This document shows, in pieces, positions 27,601 to 42,600 of a DNA stretch of 64,000 nt. This stretch comes from Lytechinus pictus (lineage: Eukaryota). The stretch covers positions 35,156,001-35,220,000 of the forward strand of contig NC_087251.1 of the NCBI RefSeq assembly GCF_037042905.1, given 5' to 3'. The notes under the pieces were generated by a model. The model made no database searches and was not told where the DNA came from. It saw only the letters and a list, made by a program, of their open reading frames with translations. Position numbers and translations under genes: made by a program. Numbering within the stretch: position 1 is the stretch's first letter; each line of letters begins with the position of its first letter.

Positions 27601-30600
27601 GTCAACTTGGGTTTATTTGCAAAATAGCGCGCTATTTTACGAATTATCCCGCTAATTCGTAGGTGCAGACGCACCCGAGATTGGACTCGGGGTAATTTAT
27701 TCATGACGTCAGTCCATAATGCAATTCGCGTTCCACTTCCGCCTTGGTCAAAACATAAACATGTGCGAAAGTCAACTTTATACATGTGAATAGATATTAT
27801 CGCGAATAGCGTTCATCAATTGCCTAATCAGCAACGATGGTGTCGTCTTATTCCTTCGCAAAATGTGAGCAAATAGCATTTCTTTCCTCCTTCTCTCCCT
27901 CTCTCTCTCTCTCTGTCGTTGCCTCTTACTCCGCCATCATATTTAACGAAGAATACATCACTTCTTCACTCGCTGAGCTGAGAGGATTGTTGCATAACAC
28001 CGGTCGAATTCGGCGAAAGTGCTAGTGAAAGGAGTACATTGCTTGCATATCGCGGGAAGTTATTCAAAAGCGCGGGCCGTTGAAACTCCAAGATCCGAAA
28101 GTCCGCATGCTCGGAATATCGGGCTTGTTGCCTCGCTCGAGCAGGAATCGCTTTCTTGCGATGGTGGAGACGGGGTTTCTTGAATCTCGAGATTAATCGC
28201 GAAGTGGGCCGATCGGGCTAAAATCTCGAGATTGAGCAAACTCGGGATGGTGCAGCACCGCCTAGTCATTTTAAATCTTATCTTTATTAGATATTTTTCC
28301 CATGATTTATTGATAGAGAAAATAAAGTAAAGTCTGCTTACTTAAAGTTGAGTAATCATTTTAGTTGAAGATTGTGTTAGTTACAATGCCCATTTCTGAG
28401 TTGAATTTTAAGAAGCTGAATATACTTCATCAACGGAATTATTATCATTACACTTATCTTCCTTCTCTTGTTAGACACCAATGAATGTGCTGTGTATAGG
28501 AGTATCTGCAGTAATGGCACCTGTATGAACACACAAGGCAGTTATAGATGTGTATGTCCTAGAGGATATGAATATATCAGTGGAAATGGCAATGGATGCT
28601 TAGGTAAGATGGTCCTTATTTAGTGTTTATACTTCCTTTATTTGCAATCTTCAAAAATTTGCACTTTTCAGCAGTTTAAGAATGGAATTGTGCTTTGATT
28701 GTTTCAGTAATATTTTTATTTGTTATTTGTGAGGTGTTAACTCTTTGCCTGCCACGTACACAACCCCCCACCCCCATTCCACATTGATGTTAAGATACCT
28801 CCTTAGAAGCATTACGAAAATACACCGTTTGGGGTTTCACCGCTGTTGGGGTCGCAAACTGCGGTAATAGACCCCATTTTTCGTTTGAAACTCTCATTTC
28901 TCATTTGAACATTTCCAAGCCCCGATAAACCCATCTTGGCCAGGTAATCCCCGTTGTCTCAATTTCACCTCCACTGGCCAGTTAAGCCAAGGACGAAATG
29001 ATAAACAACAGCTGTGCTATTACGTAAGACTTCTCTGCCTGAAGAAGGAACTTCGGAATTAAATTATTGTCTTCGATATTTAATCACGTTTTCAAAGGCA
29101 TATTGTATTCAGACATCCAATATTAGTCCTTTTTCAATTTCGAACGAAGAAAATCGACCTCGAAATAAGGAAAATAAGCGAATAAAAATTAGGTTATGCT
29201 TTGCATGCAGGGACTGCCCTTAAAGCGCTGCGCACACGATGCATTCACCGCGTGTATACACGGAACTCCATAGCAGGCTCTTAGACACGTTGCAATCCAT
29301 CGTGTGTGACCCCCTGCTGTGCTGGGCTGTCGCGTTATCTTCAGACCGAGGTCAAGAAACAGGTGTTTTGATACTTAAATTTCTTGCTTGGGGGCAGTTC
29401 GGGATTATAGTGGTTAGAGAAGAGAATTGGTGAAAACGATCTGGGGTATAGCCTTCTCAAACGGAGGTATTTCGTCATGAGGAGTTTTGCATTCACTAGC
29501 CTTTTTCACCTTCCAATAATTAATGGCTGGTTTATTTTAATGAAAAATTATGTATTGATTGATTGATTGATTGATTGATTGGTGGTGATTTTTTACCTGA
29601 TTGCTAAGAATGCATGAATGCTTGTAAGCAAGCAACCAGAGGACCGACGGCTTAAGGTCCTCTCCAAAGGAGAGGATGTGTAGCAACATCGTAGAGAAAA
29701 TATGATGAAATCATGCAAATTGTACCATTTCTTAAATGTAATGTCATAGATTTTGGCATTTTCAACTGAACATTCTGTATCTCAGTTCTTGGTCAGGAGG
29801 GTATTCCTTTATGATACTTGATATATTTTATGAAAGTGTTATTGTTCGTATTGCTTGTATATTTTTTAAATCAGTATGAATGCACCATGTCTTGTGAGTG
29901 CCTCCGATATACAGGAGTTTTGTTCAAATGAATAAATTGAAATTAAATTATATCTAATATGCTTCATATAATGAAGGTTTAATTTCAAAAGATGTATTCA
30001 TGAGCTTTCAATACATCTTGAAGGTAACTTAGGATTGAAATGAGACTTTCAATAAAGAGTAAAGTAACAGTGAACTAAAAATCTCATATTGAAATTTGAC
30101 CTGGGTACTTCTGAATAGATTTCCTGGGAATTCATATAGTACCCTGGGTTCTTTTGAATAGACTTCCTGTCTATTCATACTTTGATGCCCCTATTGTCAT
30201 GTGCATACAGAACTGTGCAAGCTTTTAGAACTGAAAGGAATTAATAGAAGAACTTATTGATTTTCTCCACTAAATAATAGTTTAGTCATGAACATAATGA
30301 TTAATTGCTTGTAGGTCTAGGCCTACTATAAATTTTAGGAAGTCTGTATAAAATGAAATAAATATATAATAGATTTGCCTATAAGATATTCAGAGGTCCC
30401 ATACTATAGTAGGGGCCATCTTAGTTCATCAGAATATTTCTGAAAGCAGTTTAAATAAACTATTTTTTTTCTTTAAAAAATTTCAATTGAAGAGTGTAGG
30501 TGATAGCTAGGATTCTATAAAGTCTGTACGCCCGAACCCCTATATTTGCGACTTTCCTGATCTAACTTTGTTTTCTCTTTTCTAGTTCATATAATAGGTT

Positions 30601-33600
30601 GCAATGTCCTTATTTTATGTTTAATTTGGTTTCTGAGTTGAGACATGAGTTAGAGATAAATGGGGTCAGATGTACAATAAGGTTATTGAATAAGCCAGTT
30701 CATAGTTCCACTCTTAGTGTGCATGATCAGAAGATTCTGCACATAATCAGAGGAATGTCATTGGTACTAAAGTGACATTGAGGTTTAAAATTTAATGAGA
30801 TAAGCACCAACTTTGATGTCTTGATTATTCATATATTCTTTTGAATTGTGTTTTTCATTTACATCCACAAAAAACAACAATGCGTGCATGAAAGACCGGT
30901 ATTTCAGTTTGCCAAGTACATTGTACAACATGCTACAATATGTATTCAAAGTAGGAATGCAACAAATACCTCCATAAAGTGTTCATTGTTATGCTATTCT
31001 AATCACCTGATCTATTCAATTTCTTCATCCTGCTATGTAAGGCATGCTCATGTAATATCTTGCTTTGAAATCTGCCTATCATAATGAAAGAAATAAAAGG
31101 TTATTTGACCAAAATTGTCCATGAAGTAACTACGAACTGGCCTATTGCCCAACTGTGGCAATGGACGCTCGATGTTGTTGTTGTTTTTTGTTGTTGAAAT
31201 ATTGACCAATTTCCTGTCTTTATAATCTCCTGATTTAGATATCAATGAATGTACCTCTGCACCTGGGCGATGCGGAGATGCGGCCTGTTTTAACAGAGAG
31301 GGTAGCTTTTTGTGTAGATGTGACCCTGGATACGACTTTGATGAGCAGGATAGGACGTGCGTTGGTGAGAACTAATCTGTCTTAAAAACTGTTGTGTTGG
31401 GGATTTTTTTTGTATGCTTTGAAGTTTGCTGCTTTAATGTTCCGTCGCTTGATGATTTTGAGAAAATTTGTTTTAGTTATTTCTATTCAGTTTTTGTATT
31501 AATTTGATTATTCACTCATTTGCTTATTAAAATATTCATCACTTCTTTGTTGTTATATAATTAGACACATTTATTCAAATAATGATGATTAGTTTTGTTG
31601 TTGTGTTGTAGGGGGGTGGGGGTTTCATGGTTTAGGATAACAAGTTGGAATTGTATCAACTATTTATCTGTTGAAATCTGAATTCTGTATTAAGTCGTAT
31701 AGGTTTTTGAAAATGACCTGGGGGCCGTTTCATAAAGCTGTTCGTAAGTTAAGAGCGACTTTAAGAATGACTGGTGAACCTTTCTTACGCGCTTAACCAT
31801 TGCCAATGGTGTACACCTTTTACCACAAGAAAGGATCACCAGTCGTTTTTAAAGTCGCTCTTAACTTACAAACAGCTTTATGAAACACCCACCTGTTTCA
31901 GGAAGGCAATAAGTAACAATTCTCACTTTTCTTTTTTCCATTCTTGGCAATATCAAACAATTCATACAAAGTGCATAGGGCAATACCCAATCTTGAATAG
32001 TGAGTTAATATATTTATCTATATATATTTTCACCTACTGCAGTAAATATTTAGTCCATTCATTGTTAATGTTCAATGAATGCTGTTCAAGTTCTATTTCA
32101 CATAAACTTTTTGACGAATTTCGTTCATAATTGTTTTTCTTATTCTCCAGATATTAATGAGTGTTTCCTGTTAGAAGAGATATGCGGCAATGGTCAGTGT
32201 GAGAACAGTGTAGGATCCTTCAGATGTATATGTCCCGATGGAGCGAACTTTGATGAAGCCAGAAGACAATGCATAGGTGAGTAAGACCTGTGTAGGTTTA
32301 GGTGGGCTATTCGATTCATATTTATTTCACTTTGCAAGAGTATCACACTAGTAAAGATTCACACATAAAACATTCAATATATTACAACATAAACAGCAAT
32401 ACAGAATATGATGACATTGCAAAGTGGGTTGCTGCCCTAATAAGAGGCCGACCTAGAAAAGTAACATAAAATATGATATTTTGAAAATCGTGAATCAGAC
32501 ATGGCAAAAGAAAAAACAAAAAGAACTAAGAAATATTAATTCATTATCAATTTATTATTGATTTATAATTTATTATTTATTTTATTATTATTTATCAAAT
32601 TGTGGATCAATTTGTTGAAGCATCATGGTTGATGATTATAATTCACCAAGTACAGACTATTTGAACCATGTAATGAGAGTGTCAAAATGTTTATTATGGG
32701 AGGAAATGAGAACTAAGAAAAGAATAATTTACTATGATATGAATTTCAATGAATTCTTTGGTACATTATAAACCATAAATGCTGAGTTTAAACAAAATTT
32801 TGCATTCCACAGAAATTTTGCCTATAATTCTCACTTAGCCAAGACTTACATCTGATTAACTTACGAGAATACCGACCAATATCTTTTTTCGGACAGGTAA
32901 ATGCTTCACATAGTCAATAATGAAATACTGTTACTGGGTACATTGTATCTATATATTTGAGTGTTGCGATAAACTTTAATACAATTAATTGAAAATCTAT
33001 TTGGGGTCCCAGAACAATTATATATCTAGCTTGCAGTCAGTTGGAAATTTTCAATTGATCGCTGTTCTGCTTATTGCAACAAGGAGAGTAAACTGCAATT
33101 AATATATCATTTGTAAAAATTGGTATATCAATTATGAAATTGGAGTAGAAATTTGCAATAGATTAACAAATAACTTTTGAACAACCCCTGAATTATGAAT
33201 GAATGAATGAATTATCACATTTTTACCACCAATTTTTTAAAACTTTCAGCATTAGAGAGCCACACAACATCGCGTGATCCTGAGGCGATAGAAGCTGATA
33301 GATGCTCATCTCTTTGTGGAAATGCTTCATGTGCTACGGATGCTAGTGGCCCTGTGTGTACTTGCCAACCAGGATATCAGTTTGAAGCTGCCAGCAAGTC
33401 ATGCGTTGGTGAGTTCAAGATAAAACTCTTCGCTATCTTATAGGGAGTGGGGTAGAGTTAGTCAATTTGATTGAGAGATTGCTCCAAATTTAATGTGCAG
33501 GTGATTTTGGCAGGAAACTGCATCAATTATTATCGGGGCCGTCATTCTATCAATGCATCCAGAACAGATTCAGATGACATTTTCATCAAATCAACCTCAA

Positions 33601-36600
33601 CAACATCAAGCCTTCAACTCTAGAATGCTTATATCTGTCAAAGTTTAACTTTTAGCGAATGTAGAAGAATCATCATGCATCTTTGTTTTAACTAATCAGC
33701 ATCATCCTATCTTATAGGATGAGACAGAACAATCATTTATATGTAGAATTATAATATTTTCAGTGGATTTCCATCGTTGCAATTGATAGGATCACTTGTA
33801 ATAGTGAAGAGTACCCAGGCATTAATATAATTGTTGTTGTTTTTTACATAGATCTTGATGAATGTGAAAGGAGCCCTGAGATTTGTGGAACTGCTACCTG
33901 CCAGAATAGAATAGGAGGTTATACATGCGATTGTCCCGAAGGATTTATCTACAAGAAAAAGAAGAAAACTTGTGGAGGTCAGTTGGAAATTCTTTTGCAT
34001 TTGTTATTTTGTAGATGCCATTGTGAATGCTTCAAAGTTTATTACACCATTTTGGTTGTCTTTTATCTAGGAGATAGTTATTCACCACCAATTTCATGAT
34101 GTTTTGAGAAATTCAGGTCCATTATGGTAAAGCAAAGCTGCCTATTGATTTTGGTGTGGATGGAGACATCGTTGCCATGGTATTGAGAGTTTTTGTGGAA
34201 ATAGCAGAGATTTCCTTGTGATTGTTCTACTGGCTGCGTTTCTTCTCTGATCATCTTAAAATTTGTCATGAAGGTCCACTATGGTAAAGCGAAGCTGCCT
34301 AATGATTTTGGAGTGGGTGGAGATATGGTTGCCATTGAAACCATATTTTTGTGGAAAATTTGGTGAAACCTGTCACTTCTGCTTTTTTCCCAGTTTGTCA
34401 TAACAGTTGGCACACAGAAGCAATATCAGAAGGTAAATGTTCATGTGAGCGCTCTACCAGCTGCATTTTTTCTCCGATCATCTTCAAATGTGGCATGAAG
34501 GTCCATTATGGTGAAGCGAAGATGCCTATAATTTTTGGTGGGGGGGGGGGTCTTTATTGCCATGGTAACAACCCAAGTGAGTGTTACCAATAACTATGAC
34601 AATCCAATGTATCATGCTGACTTCATCCCAAGGTACATGTATCATAATACCATGCTGTTCCCATATAGAAAGTTTGTAATAGCAATTGGCACACAGAAGC
34701 AATATAAGAAGGTAAAGCGAAGATGCCTATCATTTTTGGTGGGGGGGGGGGGGGGGGGGGGTCTTAGGGTTAGGTTTACAAAATATACCCAGATTACTCT
34801 ATAATTGTATTCCACAACATGTGCTACTGGACAATACTTTAGGTTCTGCGGAGTCACGCTGCTGCGTCATATTATTGTCATCAAATTTGGTTCCCACAGG
34901 CAAAATGTGGGCAGGGTCATTGTTGCCATGATAATTGTATTATTTGCCAAATTTCTATGTGAGCTCTATATATCGCAATGATGGATGATGCGTTGGGTTC
35001 GGGGGATGCATGTGCGCGGCCACGCGACCCGTCGAGCATCTCTAGTTTTTCATATGCTTCTGCTGAATAAATCAAAACATGATAAATACACAAAAATTAT
35101 ACTGCTCCCACTTCATCATTCCTCCAGTTTTGTTTGATCACTGTATGCCGTATGAAAGCCTTACTGCCCATTGTCTTACTTTTTGTGTATTTTACCAATA
35201 GTCTGTAATGCATCTTTTTAGCAGGAACACTGACTCAGTGTCTTTCATAGCCTTTTTTCTGCATTTCCTATTTTTCTGTGTATTCTTGTAATGAGAGCAT
35301 TAGAAGCAGGAAGACACTGTGCGGGCTTTCTGCTAAAAGACATAACTTAGTCTTGTTAAGAAGCCTTGAGAAAATGTATTTGAATCTTAGATATTTTATC
35401 ATATTTTGTGTAATCTATAATTGATTTTGATTTTTTCTCATGATATTATTCAATGTGTGTTGGAAAATGAAACAAAACCCTTTGCTGCCCATTCTTCAGT
35501 TCACCCTTCATTCATATGTTGCAACCTTCCAAATTATGAATTTATGATTTATTGCACAATTATTTTTAAATGTTTTTTTTCCAGTGGTCATATAACATAT
35601 TGGTAGAATGTTGACAATTTTATTTGTAACTATAATGTATAACCTAGCCTTCTATCTGAGCTAATGAGACAAACTCTGAATTTATCGAATTCAAGATGCC
35701 CAGAAATTAAAGTACATACATGTACAGACTGCACTGGTAGGACAGCTGATCTGAAATACTTGCTTTTTCTTTCAAAGGTACCGATGATTCTTCCCATAAT
35801 CTTTCCAAGTTTCCTTCAGTAATTCAAAAATGAAGGAAAACTGCATCTTTTGCTTCAATGTGCACATAGAGCAAAATATGCAGTTGTGATTATTCACATG
35901 ACTTGATTATCAGCCAATTGATTGTATTGTGGACTCGGGTTTCTTTCATTTGATTGATTTGATAAAAGATAACAAACATGTTTATATTGAGTCTTTGATC
36001 TATCATCCTTTACTCGCATCATATTTCATGGCTCAATTTTATGCAATCAGGGACAGCACCCTAATATTTTGAAGGGGGCAGGGGGGGGGGGTCCTATGAA
36101 TCCATGGTTAATTGATGCTCCTAATGCTTGTTACATAATATGGTTAGCAATCGAGTAACTGTGTTAAAGAATGACCTCTCTTGATGCTCTTCTTTCTTAT
36201 TTTTTTCCCTCCATTTTCACCAAAGAAATTCACGGGTGATGCCACCCCGGCCCTGCCCCCACCAAACCTGTATCAATAATGTGAAAAACTGTATGTCACT
36301 GCAGCCCTGCTCAAATGTATTACTGTACGTGCTATGTATTCTTTGTGTCACAGATTTGAATGAATGCAAGAAATATCGTACGCTGTGTGCTAATGGTAGA
36401 TGCGTGAACAAAAAAGGCTATTTTGTTTGCTTATGTCCACCCGGCCAGCAATTCAGCTATAATAGTCGCAGATGTGTGGGTAAGGACAACCTATGTTTGT
36501 TCATTATTGGGCAGTCGCCTCCTGGAAATTTTAGCCGGCGTGTGTGCTGACATATGTATGGCAAGCTATTTTCTCATTAAGTTCTATTCCTTGATATCAA

Positions 36601-39600
36601 GCATTCCATACTTTATATCAATAATTGCTGTTCGATAAAAACACCAAATATCAAGAAATCAAATTCTTTAATTACAAAAATGGTTTGTGATGTTAACAAA
36701 ATGTAATTCTTGATATTAAAAAATAAAATGACATGAGAAAATGGCTTGCCATATATAGCTTGTCATACATTGGCTAAAATATCCAGGGTCCTGTTTCATA
36801 AATATGTGTTATAATAAGCAAATGCACAATTTCTGTAACAAATTTGCTGTCAACCAATCAGATTGAAGGATTTCAGTAGCTTTTAACTGTGATTGTAAAT
36901 TTGTTATTATAACAAGTTTTATGAAATGGACCTGTGTGTGACAGCCTCTTAACAGGGATCTCAGCTATCATGGAAAGCCGGCATGCCAAAACCTCAGAAC
37001 TTTTGTTCCTCTATAACAAAAGTCATGTCCATCTGCATCAGATACACTGTGGCCCGTATTCTGAAGTCGGGTTTAATTTACACTCAGGTTTAAAGTTGTG
37101 GTTTAAATATGGATAGCCAATTGTTACATAAATCAATAATGTTAGAGATATCATATTTCAGCTCATTTGGCTCTTTAATCATTCATAATTGTCTAGGAAG
37201 TATAAATAGATGATTGTCATCACCATCGATGAATCAGGAAAGAGCACAGTAAACATAAGAAACGTACAACTTAGTAAAAATGTTGACACTTTTGGCTTCC
37301 CATAATTTTAGCACAGATTTAGACCATGGTCTAAGTTGAACCTGACTTCAGAATACGGGCCTGTATGTAGAATTTCTTATTTTTTAAAATTTATTTTTTG
37401 ATTGCTGGGATCCCTGAAATAAGAATCATCTTCATGTTGTAAAACTTGTGCAAAGCCTGATTCATGCAAGAAGCTATTTTTGTTCTCAATGCCAAAATAT
37501 TTTGTTACATACTGTGGAAAAAACATAATATAGTCAATGTGCATTTTCTTTCCCATTTTCTATTCATTATTATTATTATGTCATGCCTCTATGTATTATT
37601 ATGCAAATATTCCTATGTTTATCAGTGCAATCGTGCTGAATATTACATGAGTGTGCTAGTTGAATAGACTGCTTGAACTTTGTACTGAATGTAATATTTG
37701 AATGGTAAAACGAATGATAAAACATTGAATATTTGTTTTATACAACACTTGATTTGTAGACATAGACTAACGTCGACCAAATAACCAAAATAGATAGAAG
37801 GTTAGGCCCATGGCGGAATGAGGAATAGGACCAGATCTATTATAAGTTTATATCTGCTCGGGTCTTAATTTAGCCTTTTATTTTCCTAAACTTTGTATCT
37901 GTGCATTGTTATGCAACACCTTGATACGTGCATTAAAGTAGGCACAGACCATGGTATGCAGGTTGATTAGTGACTTTCCAATATATTGAACTGGTGGCTC
38001 CTTGCTTGAGCGTGCAATAGGCATAGCTAATTCAACAAAAGTTTATCTGCCATGAGCCTCTTGACCGGGGGGGGGGGGGGGGGGTACTTAGGTTTGGTTT
38101 GGACGGGGGTTTGCGGCTGAAGGTTCAAAACCCATACCCATATTTACGGGTCATTTTTGGCTAAAAAGGTACCCATTATTAGGGATTTATTAAAATTTGA
38201 CAAGCAAAAAAAAGAGAGAAGGTTATCACCCAAAATTGGAGGGAACATGGACCCATGTTAAGGCCAGTATCTGAAAATTGGGGCCATGTTTAGGGATTTT
38301 TCAGCATAAAACCATACCCCATGTTTAGGGATTTCTTTAAAAAAAAGCGACCCATTCCAGCGGCACATCCCTGTATGCCTTATTTCGTGAGTACCCCCTC
38401 CCTTTGGGGCTCTTGATAACAAACAACAACAATACAACTGTAGAAAAACAATAATGAGGATAATACATAAATAGTCATCAGGCTATTAGATGGATTTGAT
38501 TGATTAATTATATTAAACAAAGAAAAGGCATAGAGATGATAGCTAAAAGCACCTGAAAGGGGAATCGATATTGCATCAGAGTTGAATGGTTTAGGCAAGA
38601 TTGAGAAAATGTCTGTTAACAAAAAGTTTGAAGTTATTTAAATTTTTAACATTCTTAATACTTAACCATGATAATCATTTGATTAAGTAATTAAAAAAGA
38701 TTTTAGAAAATAATAAAAATGATAAAAATAGATTAAATGAACCATAATTTCCCATGCAAACTCATATAAAGCCTATCTGGCTCCGCTAACTTTTCACATC
38801 ATCTCTTCTTTAATAGCTTCTGCAAGTATGAGTGTGTGCAATAGAAACCCGGGAATATGCGGGAACGCGACTTGTTCATCAGAGGGTCACAGTATTCGTT
38901 GCCTATGCCCTGCAGGATACGACTACGATGTCTCCACCAAAGCTTGCAAAGGTTTGTTTATGTGATATGGTTTCAGAGAATCAGTTTATAGAAAGCCTTT
39001 GGAGCTTTGTTGCCAAGGCCCAGCCATTGTATTATTTCCAGATGTTGTAAATGGGTAGGAATTTATTCCTTCATGACGAAAGAGCTCCGTTTGATAACAC
39101 TATACCCCTCTTCTCCAAGTACGAAAACCCTACTGCCCCAGGCATGCAATGTAAGTATCAAAACACCTGTTTCTTGACCTCGGTCCGAAGATAACACAAC
39201 AGCCCGAGTGCGGTCTGGGAAAACATGTCGCCATTTTTTATTCACTTACTTTCCTTATTTCGAGGTTGATTTTCTTTGTTCGAAATTGAAAATGGGCTAG
39301 CATTGAATTTCTGAATACAATATGCCTTTGAAAACGTGATTAAATATCGAATACAATAATTTAATTCCGAAGGTCCTTCTACAGGCAGAGAAGACTTACG
39401 TAATAGCACAGCTGTTGTTATCATTTCGTCCTTGGCTCAACGCTCATAATCTGGCCTGTGGGGATTACCTGGCCAAGCGGGGTTGATCAGGCGGGTGTTT
39501 CATAAAGCTGTTCGTAAGTTAAGAGCGACTGGTGATCATGTCTTGCGGTAAATGGTACAATTGGCGATGATCACCAGTCGTTGTTAAAGTCACTCTTAAC

Positions 39601-42600
39601 TTACGAACAGCTTTATGAAACGACCCCCAGGGCTTGGAAATGATGTTTTAGATTTTCAAACGCAAAATGGGGTGAAATACCGCAGTTTGTGATCCGAACG
39701 GCGGTCCGTTCCCAAACGGGGGTAAGACGTAATGTGAAATTCCTTGGCACTGTAAAATTCTACGGGTCTGAAGCCGGGGTAATAATAACCAATTCCTTTG
39801 GAAGTGAATAGAGTATATCATAATGTGATATGCGCTACACAATATCTGTGTAGTATTATGATTATTATTAATATATTCTAAGGAGTTTGATGTTGATTAT
39901 TTATCAGGCCCTAGTTCATTCAACCTTTTTTATGCAAATAACAAATGCTATGATGGATGACACTTTTGATCTTAATCAATCACATCGCATTATTTCAGTA
40001 GCTTGAAACTTGTGATGAATTTGATTTGTGAAATACAGATCAGATTTTATAACCAAAGAATACTCACACAAAATCCTGATTTATAATTTCTTTCTGTAAA
40101 ATACAATAGAAAATTCCATGAACAATAATTTTTTTGTTTCAGATCGGCTTAATTTTACCTTTACCAGTTAATGTTTTGGCTATTTACAGAGAATATTCCC
40201 TGGCAACTTCTTGTTGGTGGCTGCTTACATTTAATTTTTTTCTCTGAATTTAGCAAGCAAATGTAAATGAACCTTTTTTGTTCACTTTTGCAGTTATCAG
40301 TGAGTGTGACCTGCCCGATAGATGTGGTGAAGGTGCTCTATGTGAGGACACATTGGCAGGCTATAGATGTGTGTGTACAGAGGGATATATTTATAACTAC
40401 CAAGACAAGAGCTGCAGAGGTAAACTTAAACTTACAAGGTGCCACTATCTGTTGCAAGTCTATTTGGGGGTCTATAAGTCTTGCAATTTGGTGCAAATTT
40501 GCCTTCAAATTGATTGGTGGATATTTGAAACAAAAAGTTCAAATTCATTTGCTGTTGCTAGAATTGATTTATCAATTGTAAATTTGCATTGTAAATTGCA
40601 GTATATTGCAAATATTTCCTTTCAATGCCCCAGTAATCAATTTTTTTTAATGGAAGATAATATTCTTTCGTTAATTTGTACACATATTATGTTCACCTTT
40701 GATTATATTTTTAGCTATCCTTATGCTCAGGCTTAGTTTTGTAAGATTTCACTATAATAATTACTTTCATTTCTTTGTTCATTAATGTATCTCAGACCAA
40801 GAGGATCTCTGTTTTGCAAGTCACTAATTGGCTTTTTTCATGATTCCCCACCACATTTTATTTTTTTGTCATTGATTTGCATCTATTGAACTGAAAAAAA
40901 AAAACATGTTTAAGGCTTCATTGTATTACCATTAAAAGTTTTAAACTCAACAACATGTTTTGCAATATTTGTATTTTTACTTTTTATCACCATGCAGGGT
41001 GATCTATTTAAATGTGAGGGTATATTATATAAATAGGATTTTTGTATGAATTTCATCATTCAGTTATCTCCTGTTTAATACCTGTCACAATTAAATGACA
41101 TTTGATGACATATTAATTTGTTATAATACTGTAAGTCATATTATTTTCCTAAGCATTTGGTTATTGATTTAAATATTCAAATATGTCTACTGCAATTTTT
41201 AATTGTATGAAAATCTGTATCTTTATGAAAGTTTTTCTATTGTAAAATTGATTTTCATTATCTTTTGTTAGATTAGTTATTTTATTATGTTTTCAACCAT
41301 CCAAATCACAATTGAGGTTATGAGTACACATGCTGATTTGCATCGGTTACTTATTTTTGCTTCTCAGACGACAAATATTTTCCTTAACCCCAGGGAAAGA
41401 TGGGTGGGGGGCAGTCTTAGCCACCAATTCCAGAGGGTTGAGTTCATTAAACCTTCTTTGATTTCTGACTACATTTTACCAAAGTTAGCTATCACTGTAA
41501 ATAGTATGATACTATCTGGCCCTGCTAAAAAGCAGGGTTAGCTGGCTTATTACTGTGCTGGCCGGGCAACTGCAGTGATCAGGGCTGAAGTCTGAAACTA
41601 AATCGGGCTGGAAAAAAGTGGGGCTATTAAGTCATAGCCTATCGTATACGTTGCGGAAAAGTTAAAAGTTCATGTTAAATGCGCTGTGTCTTGCAAAGCC
41701 GTCAATGTTAATGACCTGTGAGGTGGTTAGAGGTTAAGCTTTATTTGACCATGGCTTAGGTAATAATATATAAATAAAAAAAGAAACCAGTCTAACACTT
41801 AAACAAGATTTAAGGATAATCGGGTTTGACAAACTTTGTCTGAAAAGCATTAAGGATATCAACTTCATTATGTCATCCTCTGTCTGGGAATTTACTTTTC
41901 TGTTTATTTAACAGATATTCCACAGCCGCCCCCAGAGGCATCGGGTGGTCGGCCAGCCGTCACCCAGACAGCTCCCCCTAATACGGGTCCAAACGAGTGC
42001 AATTCTAGCCCCTGTGTTAATGGGGTATGCGTCGATAGACCTGATGGTTTTATCTGTCAGTGTGTGGACGGCTATCACCTTGTTGATTCAGTTACATGTG
42101 AAGGTAAAAATATATGGGTTTTAAGATTATTTCCTGAAGCATAATGAGCAGATTTATAGTCCTTTTTTGTTACAAAAATGTTTACAGTCTACAAATTTCC
42201 TAATTGCTGGGAATTATCAGTCATCTATTATAGAGATTTTTTTCATTCATATAAACATTTATGTTATTCCATTTCATACATGTCTTAATGGTTTTATCAT
42301 AAACTCATACAAAATAAGTTTGTAGTACAGAATATAAATATGTAACAGTTACCATTACATAAGAAGACTGAAGTCTCCAATAATAAAAGGTTGTGGTGGG
42401 ATACGACTGAAGTCACATTTACATTAAAGTAGTGTGTCGATGTGCTTCTCTAGCGGATGAATTTAGTTTTAGAATTTATTTATAATGACAACAATTTCCA
42501 TCTCTTCCACCATTTTCCCTCATAGATATAAATGAGTGTGCAGCAGATGTAAACCCATGCATGTATGGAGATTGTGTGAATGACCCACCAGGTTCTTTCA

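Noticed and set aside
27564..28269. Short ORFs and CpG island suggesting a nested gene
   Set aside because: Entirely within a TIR/TSD-bounded non-autonomous transposon; no coding signature.
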